NCBI GenBank assembly: GCA_963665295.1
Contig: OY762209.1
Coordinates: 1,408,001 to 1,472,000 of the forward strand
DNA: 64,000 nt
Reading direction: 5' to 3'
Origin: Syntrophorhabdaceae bacterium
GTDB lineage: Bacteria; Desulfobacterota; Syntrophorhabdia; Syntrophorhabdales; Syntrophorhabdaceae
The notes below the pieces were generated by a model that saw nothing but the letters and a program-made list of their open reading frames with translations, was not told the origin of the DNA and ran no database searches. Positions 18,231 to 27,824 of this stretch are shown piece after piece (position 1 is the first letter of the stretch; every line of letters begins with the position of its first letter). Made by a program: the position numbers and the translations under genes.

Positions 18231-18869
18231 ATGACAGGTAAGGTATCTCTTCTCGTAACTTTTTGGATGTTCATGCTTGTATGTCCGGTCTGCAGTGAGG
18301 ACACTCCTCCCACCTGGATACCTTCTCCGGAGATAAAAGCCGCGGCTCCGTGGGCGACGCTACCCGATGAAGTGTATCTGGGTGGTGCTATGGTGGCAGG
18401 CGCCTTGGGGAGAATCCTCCTCATCAGGAAGGGCTCGGAGTTCTGCGCCCTGAAGTTTACGAATACCTGGCTTGGCAGAAGGCCGGGCGAGCATTATACC
18501 TCATACGAATATTACTACCAGGGTGACGGAAGCGGTGAATTTTCAAAGGAGAACGTGAAATCCGGCAAAGGGGAATTCTTCTATCCGGGAAGGACGGTCT
18601 ATCTTGGTCACCCGAGTTACCTGCCGGGCCGCGTAGACACCATCCGATTCGGGAAGATAAAGATAGAATGGACCTATACCACGGTGGTCCGCTTTCGAGG
18701 AAACGAAGTGGCTCCGACGCCGTGGACCTCCATCACAGAGGTCAATCTCAAAGACCCGAGGATAAGATGGTACCGTAAGGACAGAGGCAGGGAGCGGACC
18801 ACGATGCATATCGATCAGCTCTGGCCCCGGACACCCGGAGACATGGAGGAAGAGACAGCAAAAGAGTAA
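18231..18869 (+). CDS. Exported hypothetical protein, candidate Rhs immunity protein
   Basis: GGAGG upstream, hydrophobic N-terminus, lies directly downstream of the Rhs tip. Confidence 0.6.
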   Translation: MTGKVSLLVTFWMFMLVCPVCSEDTPPTWIPSPEIKAAAPWATLPDEVYLGGAMVAGALGRILLIRKGSEFCALKFTNTWLGRRPGEHYTSYEYYYQGDGSGEFSKENVKSGKGEFFYPGRTVYLGHPSYLPGRVDTIRFGKIKIEWTYTTVVRFRGNEVAPTPWTSITEVNLKDPRIRWYRKDRGRERTTMHIDQLWPRTPGDMEEETAKE

Positions 18870-18879
18870 AGCAACCACG

Positions 18880-19166
18880 CCAAAGGAACTTCGGGATCAG
18901 CCGGTATCCTTTGATCTTCTTCCAGGTCTTTCTCGTCTCCGGCACGAGCTTAAAGACCATGGTGAGGGTGGAGAGCCTGGCGCCGCAGCCTTTGGTCTTC
19001 TCCGTCCTCAGTCTCACTGTCGCAAAGGTTGATTCAATAGGATTGGTAGTCCTTATGGCTGCCTGCAGGAGACGTCGTGCGCCTTCCCGTGCGATCTTCT
19101 CCAACAGACTGCCTGTGCTCTCCTCTTCTGCTTGTTTTTTCTGTCAATGGGTTCATCATTCTTCAT
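18880..19166 (-). pseudogene. Internally deleted IS256-family transposase remnant
   Basis: N-terminal LEKIAREGARRLLQAA is joined directly to C-terminal IRTTNPIESTFATVRLRTEKTKGCG...MVFKL. Frameshift near the start in an A-run. Confidence 0.8.
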
Positions 19167-19250
19167 GGGCGTATCCTTCCTCCCCTGCTGATTACAGGGG
19201 CAAAGCGGATCGCCGTTTCCGGCATCACGTTGCTCCATGGTCCGTGGCCA

Positions 19251-19568
19251 CTAATGTGGATGTAGTTCGCTATTTGCCTTCGCTTTACCATGGCGCTCGG
19301 GGATTTTCTTCAACGCGTCCCCGATTTCACTTGCCGCCCGCCTCAGTTCGTAATCCTTCTGCAGGTTCATCCAGATGTCCGGCCCGGTCCCGAACCATTT
19401 GCCGAGACGCAACGCTGTATCCCCGGAAATTCCACGCTTCCCGGCGATAATCTGGGTCAGCCGGTTTGTGGGCACGCCCAATTCCTTCGCGAGTTCGTTT
19501 GCGCTCATGCCGAGGGCCTGCAACTCGTCGGCCAAGTGTTCCCCAGGGTGTATAAGAATTCGTCCCAT
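19251..19568 (-). CDS. higA: HigA-family antitoxin (HTH)
   Basis: IHPGEHL...LAKELGVPTNRLTQIIAGKRGISGDTALRLGKWFGT...WMNLQ. Confidence 0.9.
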   Translation of the reverse strand: MGRILIHPGEHLADELQALGMSANELAKELGVPTNRLTQIIAGKRGISGDTALRLGKWFGTGPDIWMNLQKDYELRRAASEIGDALKKIPERHGKAKANSELHPH

Positions 19569-19577
19569 GGTGTCCTC

Positions 19578-19859
19578 CTAATGGTAATCTACTATTTCCA
19601 CGTTAAGCGGTCCCGGCGAACCCTCAGGCCATTCAAAACAAATCCGCCACTGATCGTTGATCCGGATGCTGTACTGGCCTTTCCGGTCACCCTTAAGCCC
19701 TTCGAGCCGGTTCCCCGGCGTATTCAGCGCCATAAGCCGATCCGCCGCATGGAGTCGGTCGAGCCGCAGCATCGCTTGCCGCTCAAACCCCTGAAACGCC
19801 TTTACGTGCTCGCCTTCGAAGAACAGTGCCGTGCGCTTATCGCGAAAACCTATAATCAT
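19578..19859 (-). CDS. higB: HigB/RelE-like toxin (killer protein)
   Basis: MIIGFRDK...PGNRLEGLKGDRKGQYSIRINDQWRICFEW...VEIVDYH, with the toxin upstream of the antitoxin. Confidence 0.9.
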   Translation of the reverse strand: MIIGFRDKRTALFFEGEHVKAFQGFERQAMLRLDRLHAADRLMALNTPGNRLEGLKGDRKGQYSIRINDQWRICFEWPEGSPGPLNVEIVDYH

Positions 19860-19866
19860 CTCTATT

Positions 19867-19903
19867 ATTCTACCACCTTGTACGGTGTACGTCAATCGTA
19901 CAA
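19867..19903 (-). promoter_or_regulatory. higBA promoter with overlapping inverted-repeat operator
   Basis: Minus strand TTGACG-17 bp-TAGAAT. Inverted repeat TTGTACG (19878-84) / CGTACAA (19897-903) straddles the -35 box. Confidence 0.7.
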
Positions 19904-20216
19904 ACGACACTTTCTCTCCGGATCATGGCGTTCCGTTGTCCTCATAACATTATGCCTTCATGCCTTATGCGATGCTGTGAGAGTTCGGTTTTGCGGGAGG
20001 CACGGCCCGGACACACTCATATTCCCTGTACGGATTCCCGTCACCCGGAACATATACGCACACCGTCAAATTTTCCGTGGCGGCGGACAGTTGGAAGAAC
20101 GCATGGAACATACCGCAGAAGACATCGTCCATAAACGTGAAAGTAAAGGTAACCAGCGCGCCCAGCGGCATTTTGGACGCGACCCTCGACAGCTTCGAGG
20201 CTGAACCCGATTAGGA

Positions 20217-20271
20217 GCAAGAGAACCCCCGGGGTTCCATGTCGTGGCGAAAACCCCGGGGGTTCTCTTGC
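20217..20271. repeat. Perfect 20-bp inverted repeat (REP-like or terminator)
   Basis: GCAAGAGAACCCCCGGGGTT ...15 nt... AACCCCGGGGGTTCTCTTGC, just downstream of the 20307 stop codon. Confidence 0.8.
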
Positions 20272-20306
20272 AGATCATTGGACATCCGTGCGCAAGGCCT
20301 CGCCCG

Positions 20307-22148
20307 TTACTTGCCTGTCCCCCGAAGGTTTACCGTAGCGAGGGGCTGCTTATGAGGGTCATTCGACACTATGTCGAGGCGGGCCTTCCTCGCCTTTTTA
20401 CCTCCCGGCGTAAAGGTTATGAGGAGGGTGCACGGGCTCCCGGCGGGGATGACGGAGCAACTTCCCTCCACCGCGAAGTCCGACGCATCCGGCCCTCCCG
20501 GCGTGATCGATGCGACCGTGAGGTCGCTTACTCCTTTATTCCGTATCACGAGGGGCTTCGGGTCGGAAGCATCGCCGGTCCTCAGGGACCCGAAATTGAG
20601 ACTGGCGGGCACGCTCATTCGGGGCTCCCCTGCGGTCCCTGAAAGAGACACGAGGAGCGTCTCTTTCCCGGGGTCGTTCGACCTTATGCTCATAAGGGCC
20701 GACTTCCGGCCATAGAGCGGTGTCGCTCCGGGAGAGGCGGTAAGACTCACCTTGACGGCGCATGTGGCCCCGGCCCCCACCGGCTGGGTGCAAAGGTTGA
20801 GGAAGGAGAACTCCGGGGCGTTAACGCCCGTAAGCTCGATGGCCTCCACCACCATGTCGGCGGCCCCTTCCTTCGCCGTGTTGCCGATTGTCACGGATTT
20901 CTCCGACGATTGTCCCACCTTTACGGGCCCGAAGCCGAGGGAGCCCGGGGTCACCTTAGCCTTCGGAGGCTGCGTGAACGCCGCGGTGACGGTTACATCG
21001 CCCGTCATGGTCACGGTGCACGTGTTCCCCGACACGGAGCCGCACCCTTGCCACCCGGCGAAGAACGCTCCCTTTGGCGCGGACGCGGTGATGGTCACTA
21101 CCGAATCCTTCGGATATGAGCCCCAGCACGGCTCCTGGTCGCAGTCGAGGCCCTCCGCGGCGACCGTGCCTTTGGCCTTGAGGTTCCCCGTCCTGGCGAC
21201 GGTGAGGAGAGGGGTAGCGCTTGACGAGGCCGCATAGGCGAGGGTCCAGTATCCGAACTCGGACCCTCCTCTATTCACGCTCTTTATCTGGGAATAGGCG
21301 ATCCTGAAGAATCCGGCTTCCCCCCAGTCGGTGCCCCAACTGTTCTTGGCCGTAAAATACCCGCCATCATCGTTGTATCCCACAATCAACACCGCATGGA
21401 AGCCCGAGCAGTGCTTGCTCACCCGCGAATAGATGCCGCCTGTATAATAATACAGATCGTCGTATACATAAAGGGTGGTCGCAAGGGGGCCGTGGGTCAC
21501 GAGGGCGGCCTTAAGGACGTCGAGTTTGGGCGACATGACCGTAACGTAACTCCAGCGCCGGATCTTGTATGAGGTATCCATCCAGTTGGGACATGCCCCG
21601 GAGCACTCACCGTCCGTCGCTGTATAGGGGTAGCATGATTCGAGGGGCAAACCGTTGCGGCGTATGAAGTCCGCCGCGTCCATGGTGTAGCCGGCGAAGC
21701 AATTACCTGTTTTGCTGCATGAGACGAGGACCTGCTCGGCCAGGTCGAGATCGACCCCCGGCGTGCCCCGGACGATGAGGGTCACTGATTCGGCGGTGGC
21801 GGTGGCGGCAAAGGCCCAGCAACTCCCGCACGCGCCCTGGTCCCGGACGGGGGTGATGTAGTTTCCGCCCCGGTCCCGCCAGTCCACGCTCGAAGGGAGG
21901 ACGAGTCCCGCCGGGACGTCAAGGACCGGGATCCGGGCTTCCTCTTCCGCGGTGAGGGTGGGCCTGATGAGGCCGAGGCGCATGCGCCTCTCCTCGGGCG
22001 TAAGGCGCGTCATGGACGTTTCCCCCGCGGTCCAGGCTGCGCCCCTCGCCTCGATGGCGGCCCGGATTTCTCCAATCTCTTCCGCCGAGGAAAAGGAGAA
22101 CAGGAAAATGCTCAACAGGACCGATCCCAGAATAGCGTATATCTTCAT
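20307..22148 (-). CDS. Exported C1A (papain-like) cysteine peptidase + InlB-B-like module + two Ig-like (choice-of-anchor D-like) domains
   Basis: Signal peptide. LPSSVDWR, DQGACGSCWAF, FHAVLIVGYN, KNSWGTDWGEAGFF. Confidence 0.9.
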   Translation of the reverse strand: MKIYAILGSVLLSIFLFSFSSAEEIGEIRAAIEARGAAWTAGETSMTRLTPEERRMRLGLIRPTLTAEEEARIPVLDVPAGLVLPSSVDWRDRGGNYITPVRDQGACGSCWAFAATATAESVTLIVRGTPGVDLDLAEQVLVSCSKTGNCFAGYTMDAADFIRRNGLPLESCYPYTATDGECSGACPNWMDTSYKIRRWSYVTVMSPKLDVLKAALVTHGPLATTLYVYDDLYYYTGGIYSRVSKHCSGFHAVLIVGYNDDGGYFTAKNSWGTDWGEAGFFRIAYSQIKSVNRGGSEFGYWTLAYAASSSATPLLTVARTGNLKAKGTVAAEGLDCDQEPCWGSYPKDSVVTITASAPKGAFFAGWQGCGSVSGNTCTVTMTGDVTVTAAFTQPPKAKVTPGSLGFGPVKVGQSSEKSVTIGNTAKEGAADMVVEAIELTGVNAPEFSFLNLCTQPVGAGATCAVKVSLTASPGATPLYGRKSALMSIRSNDPGKETLLVSLSGTAGEPRMSVPASLNFGSLRTGDASDPKPLVIRNKGVSDLTVASITPGGPDASDFAVEGSCSVIPAGSPCTLLITFTPGGKKARKARLDIVSNDPHKQPLATVNLRGTGK

Positions 22149-22462
22149 CGAATTATGCCCCCTTCGTTACCGGTCCCTGAAGTCCGCCATGGGCCGGGAC
22201 CGCTACGGAATTATACAACGGAAAGAGATGATTGCTTCGAAAATAATCTCACCCTTGCGCGAAAATTGAAGAGGGGCACACCATTCTTCGTCGCATAATC
22301 CAGGCGGCTGTTGAGTTTCCGGCGGCAGCCCGTTGGAGGGTGTCCCCGGGGTTTTCAAAGGTGCGTTTTTGGGTTGACATATTTCGGGTTGAGTTTTATT
22401 GTTGTATACAGGGCCTTTGTGAAAATGGCTCAAATAAAACAACAAAAGGAGGGGAAAGGATA

Positions 22463-22804
22463 ATGAAAAAGGCATTTCTGGTGGGATTGGTTGTTTTGTT
22501 TTGCGGCATGGGCCTTATAGGCATGGCATTTGCGCAGGGCGCCGACACCGCCCAGGTTGCGCAGGCTATTGCGAAGGGCAAAGCGGGTAATTTCAAAGGA
22601 GAAGTAGTGAAGACCGATCCCGCGGCCAAGACCATTACGGTCAAGATGGCCAAGGGCGGGGAAAAAGTGGGAGACACCACGTATGCAAGCTTCAATGGCG
22701 CGTTCAACGCCGCCCAGGATCTGAAACCGGGCGACAAGATCGCCGGTCACTGGTCGGAAGTCAAGGGAAAGATATATGTCACCTATATTGTGAAGTTGAA
22801 CTGA
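22463..22804 (+). CDS. Small exported hypothetical protein
   Basis: AAGGA before ATG. Signal peptide MKKAFLVGLVVLFCGMGLIGMAFA. Confidence 0.75.
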   Translation: MKKAFLVGLVVLFCGMGLIGMAFAQGADTAQVAQAIAKGKAGNFKGEVVKTDPAAKTITVKMAKGGEKVGDTTYASFNGAFNAAQDLKPGDKIAGHWSEVKGKIYVTYIVKLN

Positions 22805-22827
22805 TACCGCAGGTTTGCGATGTGCCG

Positions 22828-22859
22828 CGAGGGGCGTCCGTGCTCACGGACGCCCCTCG
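22828..22859. terminator. Hairpin between convergent genes
   Basis: CGAGGGGCGTCCGTG-CT-CACGGACGCCCCTCG, perfect 15-bp arms; no clear U-tract. Confidence 0.6.
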
Positions 22860-22873
22860 TAACGTACAATGCG

Positions 22874-23311
22874 TCACAGACCCAGGGAAGTTATCTGATA
22901 TTTAAAGGCAAAGCCTGCTTCCCGGGCCTTCTTTTCTATGGCGGCGCGTATGGTCTTATAGTCGAAGGTATAGCTGTAATGCTTCCCGAAGAGGCTCGAC
23001 TGTTCCTCTATGACGCCTTCCCTTCCCCCGGCGCCGGTTTTGTAGGTTTCCTTCTTGAATCCGAAACCGGGACTGCTGTCGAAATCGCCCCCTCCGGACA
23101 GGCCCGAACCCGACTCCTTGAGCATCTCCGTGAAACGCACCTCCCCTTTGTCCTCGTCTATCCGGTATTTTGCCGTATAGACAAGCTTCCTCTTCGACAG
23201 GAAGGACTTTCGTTCCGCTACCACATATTCCACGGTGATCAATCCTTTCTTTTCCGAAAACTCCGCGGGGAGACTGGAGAAGACCCCTTTTATCTCTTCG
23301 TGCAGAGCCAT
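22874..23311 (-). CDS. Hypothetical protein
   Basis: AGGAGG upstream, protein-like composition, 13 bp downstream of the kinase stop. Confidence 0.75.
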   Translation of the reverse strand: MALHEEIKGVFSSLPAEFSEKKGLITVEYVVAERKSFLSKRKLVYTAKYRIDEDKGEVRFTEMLKESGSGLSGGGDFDSSPGFGFKKETYKTGAGGREGVIEEQSSLFGKHYSYTFDYKTIRAAIEKKAREAGFAFKYQITSLGL

Positions 23312-23324
23312 GTGATCCCTCCTT

Positions 23325-26300
23325 TTATGGATTCCGCGCCTTATCTTCCACGTCCAGCGCCCGCCGGATCGCGGCGGCCAGTTCCTGCTTGGTAAGGGGT
23401 TTCATGAGGCATTCCCGGATGCCTGCTTTCCTTGCCATATCCGACGACACCGTTTCGCTGTGTCCGGTGCAAAGTATGATGGGCATACCGGGCCTGATTC
23501 TGAGGAGTTCCCTGGAGAGGTGTATCCCGGTCATGGACAGCATAGTCTGATCCGTAACGACAAGGTCGAAGCCGTAAGGATCGGAAGAAAAGGTTCTCAG
23601 GGCTTCGAGCCCGTCCGTAGTGGCGGTCACGTCATAGCCGAGCCTTTTGAGGACGGCCCGACTCCATTCCACGAGCATGGCTTCGTCATCGACAAAGAGA
23701 ATCTTCTCCTTGCCGCCGGGAGCCTGGGTTGTGCCTGCGCCTTCGTTCTCAAGCCCCGTTTCCACCTTGGGGAGGAGTACCCGGAACGTGGAGCCCATCC
23801 CCGGCGCACTTTCCACGATGACGGCGCCCTGGAGGTCCTTCACGATCCCATAGACGACCGCGAGGCCCATGCCGGTGCCTTTGCCCACTTCCCGTGTAGT
23901 GAAGAAGGGCTCGAAGACCCGTTTCATCACCTCGGAATTCATACCCGTGCCTGTATCCTTCACAGCGAGCTGCAGGTATTCTCCGGGCAGCACATCCGGC
24001 CCCACCACGGGAGAGTCCGGTGCGAAGTCGACATCCGTAAGGCTCACCTCCAGCGTTCCCCCTTTGTCCTGCATGGCATGGGAGGCATTGGTGGCGAGGT
24101 TCATGAGTATCTGCTGCACCTCCACCGGGGAGGCGAGGACCGTATCCGCGGCTGCGGTAACATGGAGTGTGATCTCGATCGTGGCAGGAATGGAGGCCCG
24201 AAGAAGCTGGACCGTCTCTTCGATAAGCGGGGTGAGGGAGAGATGAATCCTCTCATGGCTGGTCTTCCTGCTGAAGGCGAGGATCTGCTTCACGAGGTCC
24301 CGCGCCCTCATGGCGGATTTGAGGACGTTCTGGAGGCTCCTGCCCAGCTCCGGGCGATCCGAAGCGTCTTCAATCGCCATCTCGGTGAAACCCAGGATGG
24401 CGGCGAGGATGTTGTTGAAGTCATGGGCGATGCCTCCCGCGAGGGTGCCGATGGCCTCCATCTTCTGGGACTGGCGGAGTTGCTCTTCCGTCCGCCGGCG
24501 TTCATCCATCTCACACTGAAGGGCAACGTAGGCCTGGTCAAGTTCGGCGGTGCGCTCCCTGACGCGAAGTTCAAGGGAATCGTAGGCCCTTTGAAGCGCC
24601 ACCTGGTCCCGTGTATGTTCAATAATATCGGCAGCCTGACGGGCGAGCAGGTCGAGACGCCACAGGTCATGCTCGTCGGGCACGTGGGGAGAACTCCACT
24701 GGGTGGTGAGGATACCCAGTAGCTCACCTTTGCGGCTCATGAGCGGCGTGGATTGGACGGCTCTCACGCCCGCGTTGCGGAGGATCGGGAGTGACTGCGT
24801 TCCCGCGAAGAGGGGACTCGCCTCCACGTCCTCCACCACCACGCGCCTGCCGCGCCTCGTCGCCTCCCCGCATACGGAAGCCACATTCTCGGCGGAAGCA
24901 AAGAAATCGAGGAAGGGGCCTTCGTGACCGTGATGGGCAACGATGTCCAGGGCATCCTCTCGCGCCAGTTGCAGGGTGCCTTTTTCCGCCCCCGCAATAG
25001 CGACGGCCGCTTCCATGATCTCCTGCAGCACCGGTTCGAGCCGTCCTGTCTCAAGGACCGTGGTGCTCAGGGCGTGCATGAGGGTGAGGGTGTTCAGGTT
25101 CGACGCGAGACGGTTCTCGGCGCGCCTGCGTTCGGTGATGTCCTGTATCAGGGCCACGAAGTGATCGGCGAACCCATGGCCGTTACGGACACACTTCACG
25201 GAAATCGTGGTGTCGATGATCTCGCCGTCTTTCCGGACGAACCGCTTATCCATGGAATAGCCGTCGATCTCCCCCGCAAGTACCCTGTTGAAACAGGCCG
25301 TATCGGCGGCCAGATCATCGACATGGGTTATCTCCGCCCACGTCATCCGCAGGAGTTCCTCCTTTCCGTATCCCAGGATTTCACAGACCTTCTCATTGGC
25401 ATCGATGAGCCCTTTGTCCGGGGACGCGATCGCCATACCCACGAGTCCGAGCTCGAAGTAGCTCCGGAGCTGCTCCTCGCTTGCCCGCAGGGCTTCCTCC
25501 GCTTTCTTGAGGGAGGTTATATCCGATCCGGCGGTGAGGGAGCCCCGGACCCGGCCGTCGGCGCTGAAGAGGGGCACCGCGCCTATGACGAGGGCTACCG
25601 TGCGTCCATCGGGGAAGGCGAGTTCCATCATTTCGGGCGGCACCGGTCTGCCCGCCGCCGCCGTCTGGGCGGGCAGCTCGTGGGGCGTCATCTCCTCGCC
25701 GTCCTTGATCATCCTGTAAGCGACGGCCCCTTCGCCGGGCGCTGCGGTGAGAGAGATGTTCGCTCCCCGGGGTGCTTTCATGATCTCATCGGCGTAGCGG
25801 TTTCCCGTGATCTTCAGACACTGCGGGTCGTGGGCGATCCAAATGGCCACGGGCGCCAACTCCAGCACGGTCCGGAGTTCCTCCGCAACCTGTTCCGCCT
25901 CTGCCCGGGCCCGCGCAAGAGCCTCCTCGCCATGCTTGCGGTCCGTGATATCCACCAGGACATGGACCGCGCCGCGAGGGTCGCCCTTCTCGTCGAGAAG
26001 GGGCGTGCCGTAGCCCAGCAGGTGGCGGGTCGTGTCATCATCGAAGACAAGGCTGAACTCGAAGTCCCGCACGTGCTCGCCCGAGGCGGCCCGCTGGGCG
26101 GGCAGTTCATCGAGCCTCAACTCGCGGCCGTCCTTCATCGCCCTGAAATGACGAGGTTTTTGCGCGGGGGGTGCCGACAGGGATACTTCGGCGCCGTGTT
26201 CCTGCCTCAGCAGTTCGTCCGACGCGCGGTTGCCCGTCATGTGGGTGCCTTCCCGGTCGTGGACGATGACGACGGGCGTGGGCACGGCTTCGAGCACGAT

Positions 26301-26462
26301 GGCGAGTTCCTTCGCCCGTTCCCGTTCCCGGCGCTCGCTCTCGCGCAGCGCCTCCTCCGCCTCCTTGCGGGCTGATTCCGATTGCTCCAAATCCCGAATT
26401 CTTCGCCTTAACAGGGATATCTCTTCCATGAGTTCCGGATTCGTCTTAGGGGGGTTTTTCAT
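23325..26462 (-). CDS. Hybrid sensor histidine kinase (3 PAS, GAF, HisKA, HATPase, REC)
   Basis: GTLAGGIAHDFNN, QILMNLATNA, DTGTGM, FEPFFTT, GTGMGL, ILFVDDE, TDQTM, KP. Confidence 0.95.
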   Translation of the reverse strand: MKNPPKTNPELMEEISLLRRRIRDLEQSESARKEAEEALRESERRERERAKELAIVLEAVPTPVVIVHDREGTHMTGNRASDELLRQEHGAEVSLSAPPAQKPRHFRAMKDGRELRLDELPAQRAASGEHVRDFEFSLVFDDDTTRHLLGYGTPLLDEKGDPRGAVHVLVDITDRKHGEEALARARAEAEQVAEELRTVLELAPVAIWIAHDPQCLKITGNRYADEIMKAPRGANISLTAAPGEGAVAYRMIKDGEEMTPHELPAQTAAAGRPVPPEMMELAFPDGRTVALVIGAVPLFSADGRVRGSLTAGSDITSLKKAEEALRASEEQLRSYFELGLVGMAIASPDKGLIDANEKVCEILGYGKEELLRMTWAEITHVDDLAADTACFNRVLAGEIDGYSMDKRFVRKDGEIIDTTISVKCVRNGHGFADHFVALIQDITERRRAENRLASNLNTLTLMHALSTTVLETGRLEPVLQEIMEAAVAIAGAEKGTLQLAREDALDIVAHHGHEGPFLDFFASAENVASVCGEATRRGRRVVVEDVEASPLFAGTQSLPILRNAGVRAVQSTPLMSRKGELLGILTTQWSSPHVPDEHDLWRLDLLARQAADIIEHTRDQVALQRAYDSLELRVRERTAELDQAYVALQCEMDERRRTEEQLRQSQKMEAIGTLAGGIAHDFNNILAAILGFTEMAIEDASDRPELGRSLQNVLKSAMRARDLVKQILAFSRKTSHERIHLSLTPLIEETVQLLRASIPATIEITLHVTAAADTVLASPVEVQQILMNLATNASHAMQDKGGTLEVSLTDVDFAPDSPVVGPDVLPGEYLQLAVKDTGTGMNSEVMKRVFEPFFTTREVGKGTGMGLAVVYGIVKDLQGAVIVESAPGMGSTFRVLLPKVETGLENEGAGTTQAPGGKEKILFVDDEAMLVEWSRAVLKRLGYDVTATTDGLEALRTFSSDPYGFDLVVTDQTMLSMTGIHLSRELLRIRPGMPIILCTGHSETVSSDMARKAGIRECLMKPLTKQELAAAIRRALDVEDKARNP

Positions 26463-26515
26463 GAGGCCTTCCTATGAGTGTGCGTTGGGCCGACAGAATA
26501 GTCCAACATAAGAAG

Positions 26516-26543
26516 ATTATATGCAGATCGGCCCACATGTCAA
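26516..26543 (-). promoter_or_regulatory. Consensus sigma70 promoter for the kinase gene
   Basis: Minus strand TTGACA-16 bp-TATAAT. Confidence 0.65.
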
Positions 26544-26600
26544 GGCGATATCCCGGAAACCCGGGCCGGGGAGGGAAGGAAGCGTCCCGGCGGATGTCCC

Positions 26601-27824
26601 TAGTGTCACATCACACTTGTAATGTCGTATAGTATGATATAGAATCTCCTCAAGGGTTAAATTTCACCATGGGGAGGTCCGAATGATAAAATATAGGGTG
26701 GTGCTCGAAAAAGAAGAGCGAAAGGAACTTGAAGGCGTGGTGCAAAAAGGAAATCATAAAGCCCAAAAGGTGCTCAATGCGCTGGTTCTTCTCAATTGCG
26801 ATCAGGGCCGGTTCCAGGACCACCCGATGAAGAACGAGGATATATCGGCAGTGTTGCGAATCAGCATGCGTAAGATAGATAGAGTAAAAAAGCGATTCGT
26901 GGAAGAAGGACTTGAGACTGCCCTTACCGGACACAAAGCAGAGCGAGTCTACGAGAAGAAGGCGGATGGCGATTTCGAGGCCCACCTCATTGCCTTGAGC
27001 TGTAGCGAACCACCAGAAGGTTTTGCGAGGTGGACCTTGCGTATGCTCGCGAACCGGGCCGTAGCGCTCAATTATATCGAGAATATCTCCTATGAAACCG
27101 TGCGTCGGGTTTTAAAAAAACGAAACAAAACCCTGGAAGCAGCAAGGATGGGTCATTCCACCGGAGGGCAATGCTGATTTCGTCGCCGCCATGGAGAACG
27201 TACTCGATGTATATAAACGCCCGTATGATAAAAGATTCCCGGTGGTCTGTATGGATGAAACCCCAAGACAACTGATCAAAGAAACGCGTACCCCGATTCC
27301 CCGCGCTCCGGGACGGCTCGAGCGTCACGACTACGAATACGAGCGATGTGGCGTCTGTACCGTATTTATGGCCAACGAACCATTGGCGGGCACGCGCCTG
27401 ACCAAGGTATCGGAAAGGAGAACGAAGCGCGACTGGGCGGAGTTCATCCGGGAACTTTCAGGACGGTATGGAAAGGCCAAAAGGATCACCCTTGTCATGG
27501 ATAACCTGAACACCCATAAACCAGGCTCTCTTTATGAAGCCTTTTCTCCCGAAGAGGCAAAACGCATCTGGGACCGTTTTGAATTCGTCTATACTCCCAA
27601 ACATGGAAGCTGGCTCAATATGGCGGAGATTGAGCTTAACGTGCTCATTCATCAATGCCTGAGTCGCCGGATCGACACTCTCGCCGAGGTCCACTCCGCC
27701 GTGTCTGCCTGGCAGGCCCATCGCGACAATCTCAACGCAAAGGTGAACTGGCAATTTACTACTAAGGATGCGCGGGTGAAACTTAGGCGACTTTATCCGA
27801 CATTAGATGAGTGACGTGACACTA
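26601..27824 (+). mobile_element. IS630-family element (coordinates include both TA copies)
   Basis: Ends cTA-GTGTCACATCAC ... GTGACGTGACAC-TAg, with TA duplicated in a CTAG context. Confidence 0.9.
26683..27814 (+). CDS. IS630 transposase, two ORFs joined by a probable -1 frameshift
   Basis: ORF1 is HTH-like (RWTLRML, ETVRRVLKK). Slippery TTTAAAAAAAC near 27111-27121 gives KNETKPWKQQGWVIPP in the -1 frame. ORF2 has VCMDE, MDNLNTH and YTPKHGSWLNMAE. Confidence 0.9.

Noticed and set aside
19965..20171. 68-aa minus-strand ORF upstream of higB
   Set aside because: No RBS or recognisable motif; may be a gene relic but cannot be supported.
18180..20300. Integron cassette array (small genes, TA pair, hairpin)
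   Set aside because: No RYYYAAC...GTTRRRY attC structure found and no integrase.
22339..22354. 16-mer AAACCCCGGGGACACC shared (inverted) with 54911..54926
   Set aside because: About one exact 16-mer match is expected by chance in a GC-rich 64-kb window, and the flanks do not clearly align.
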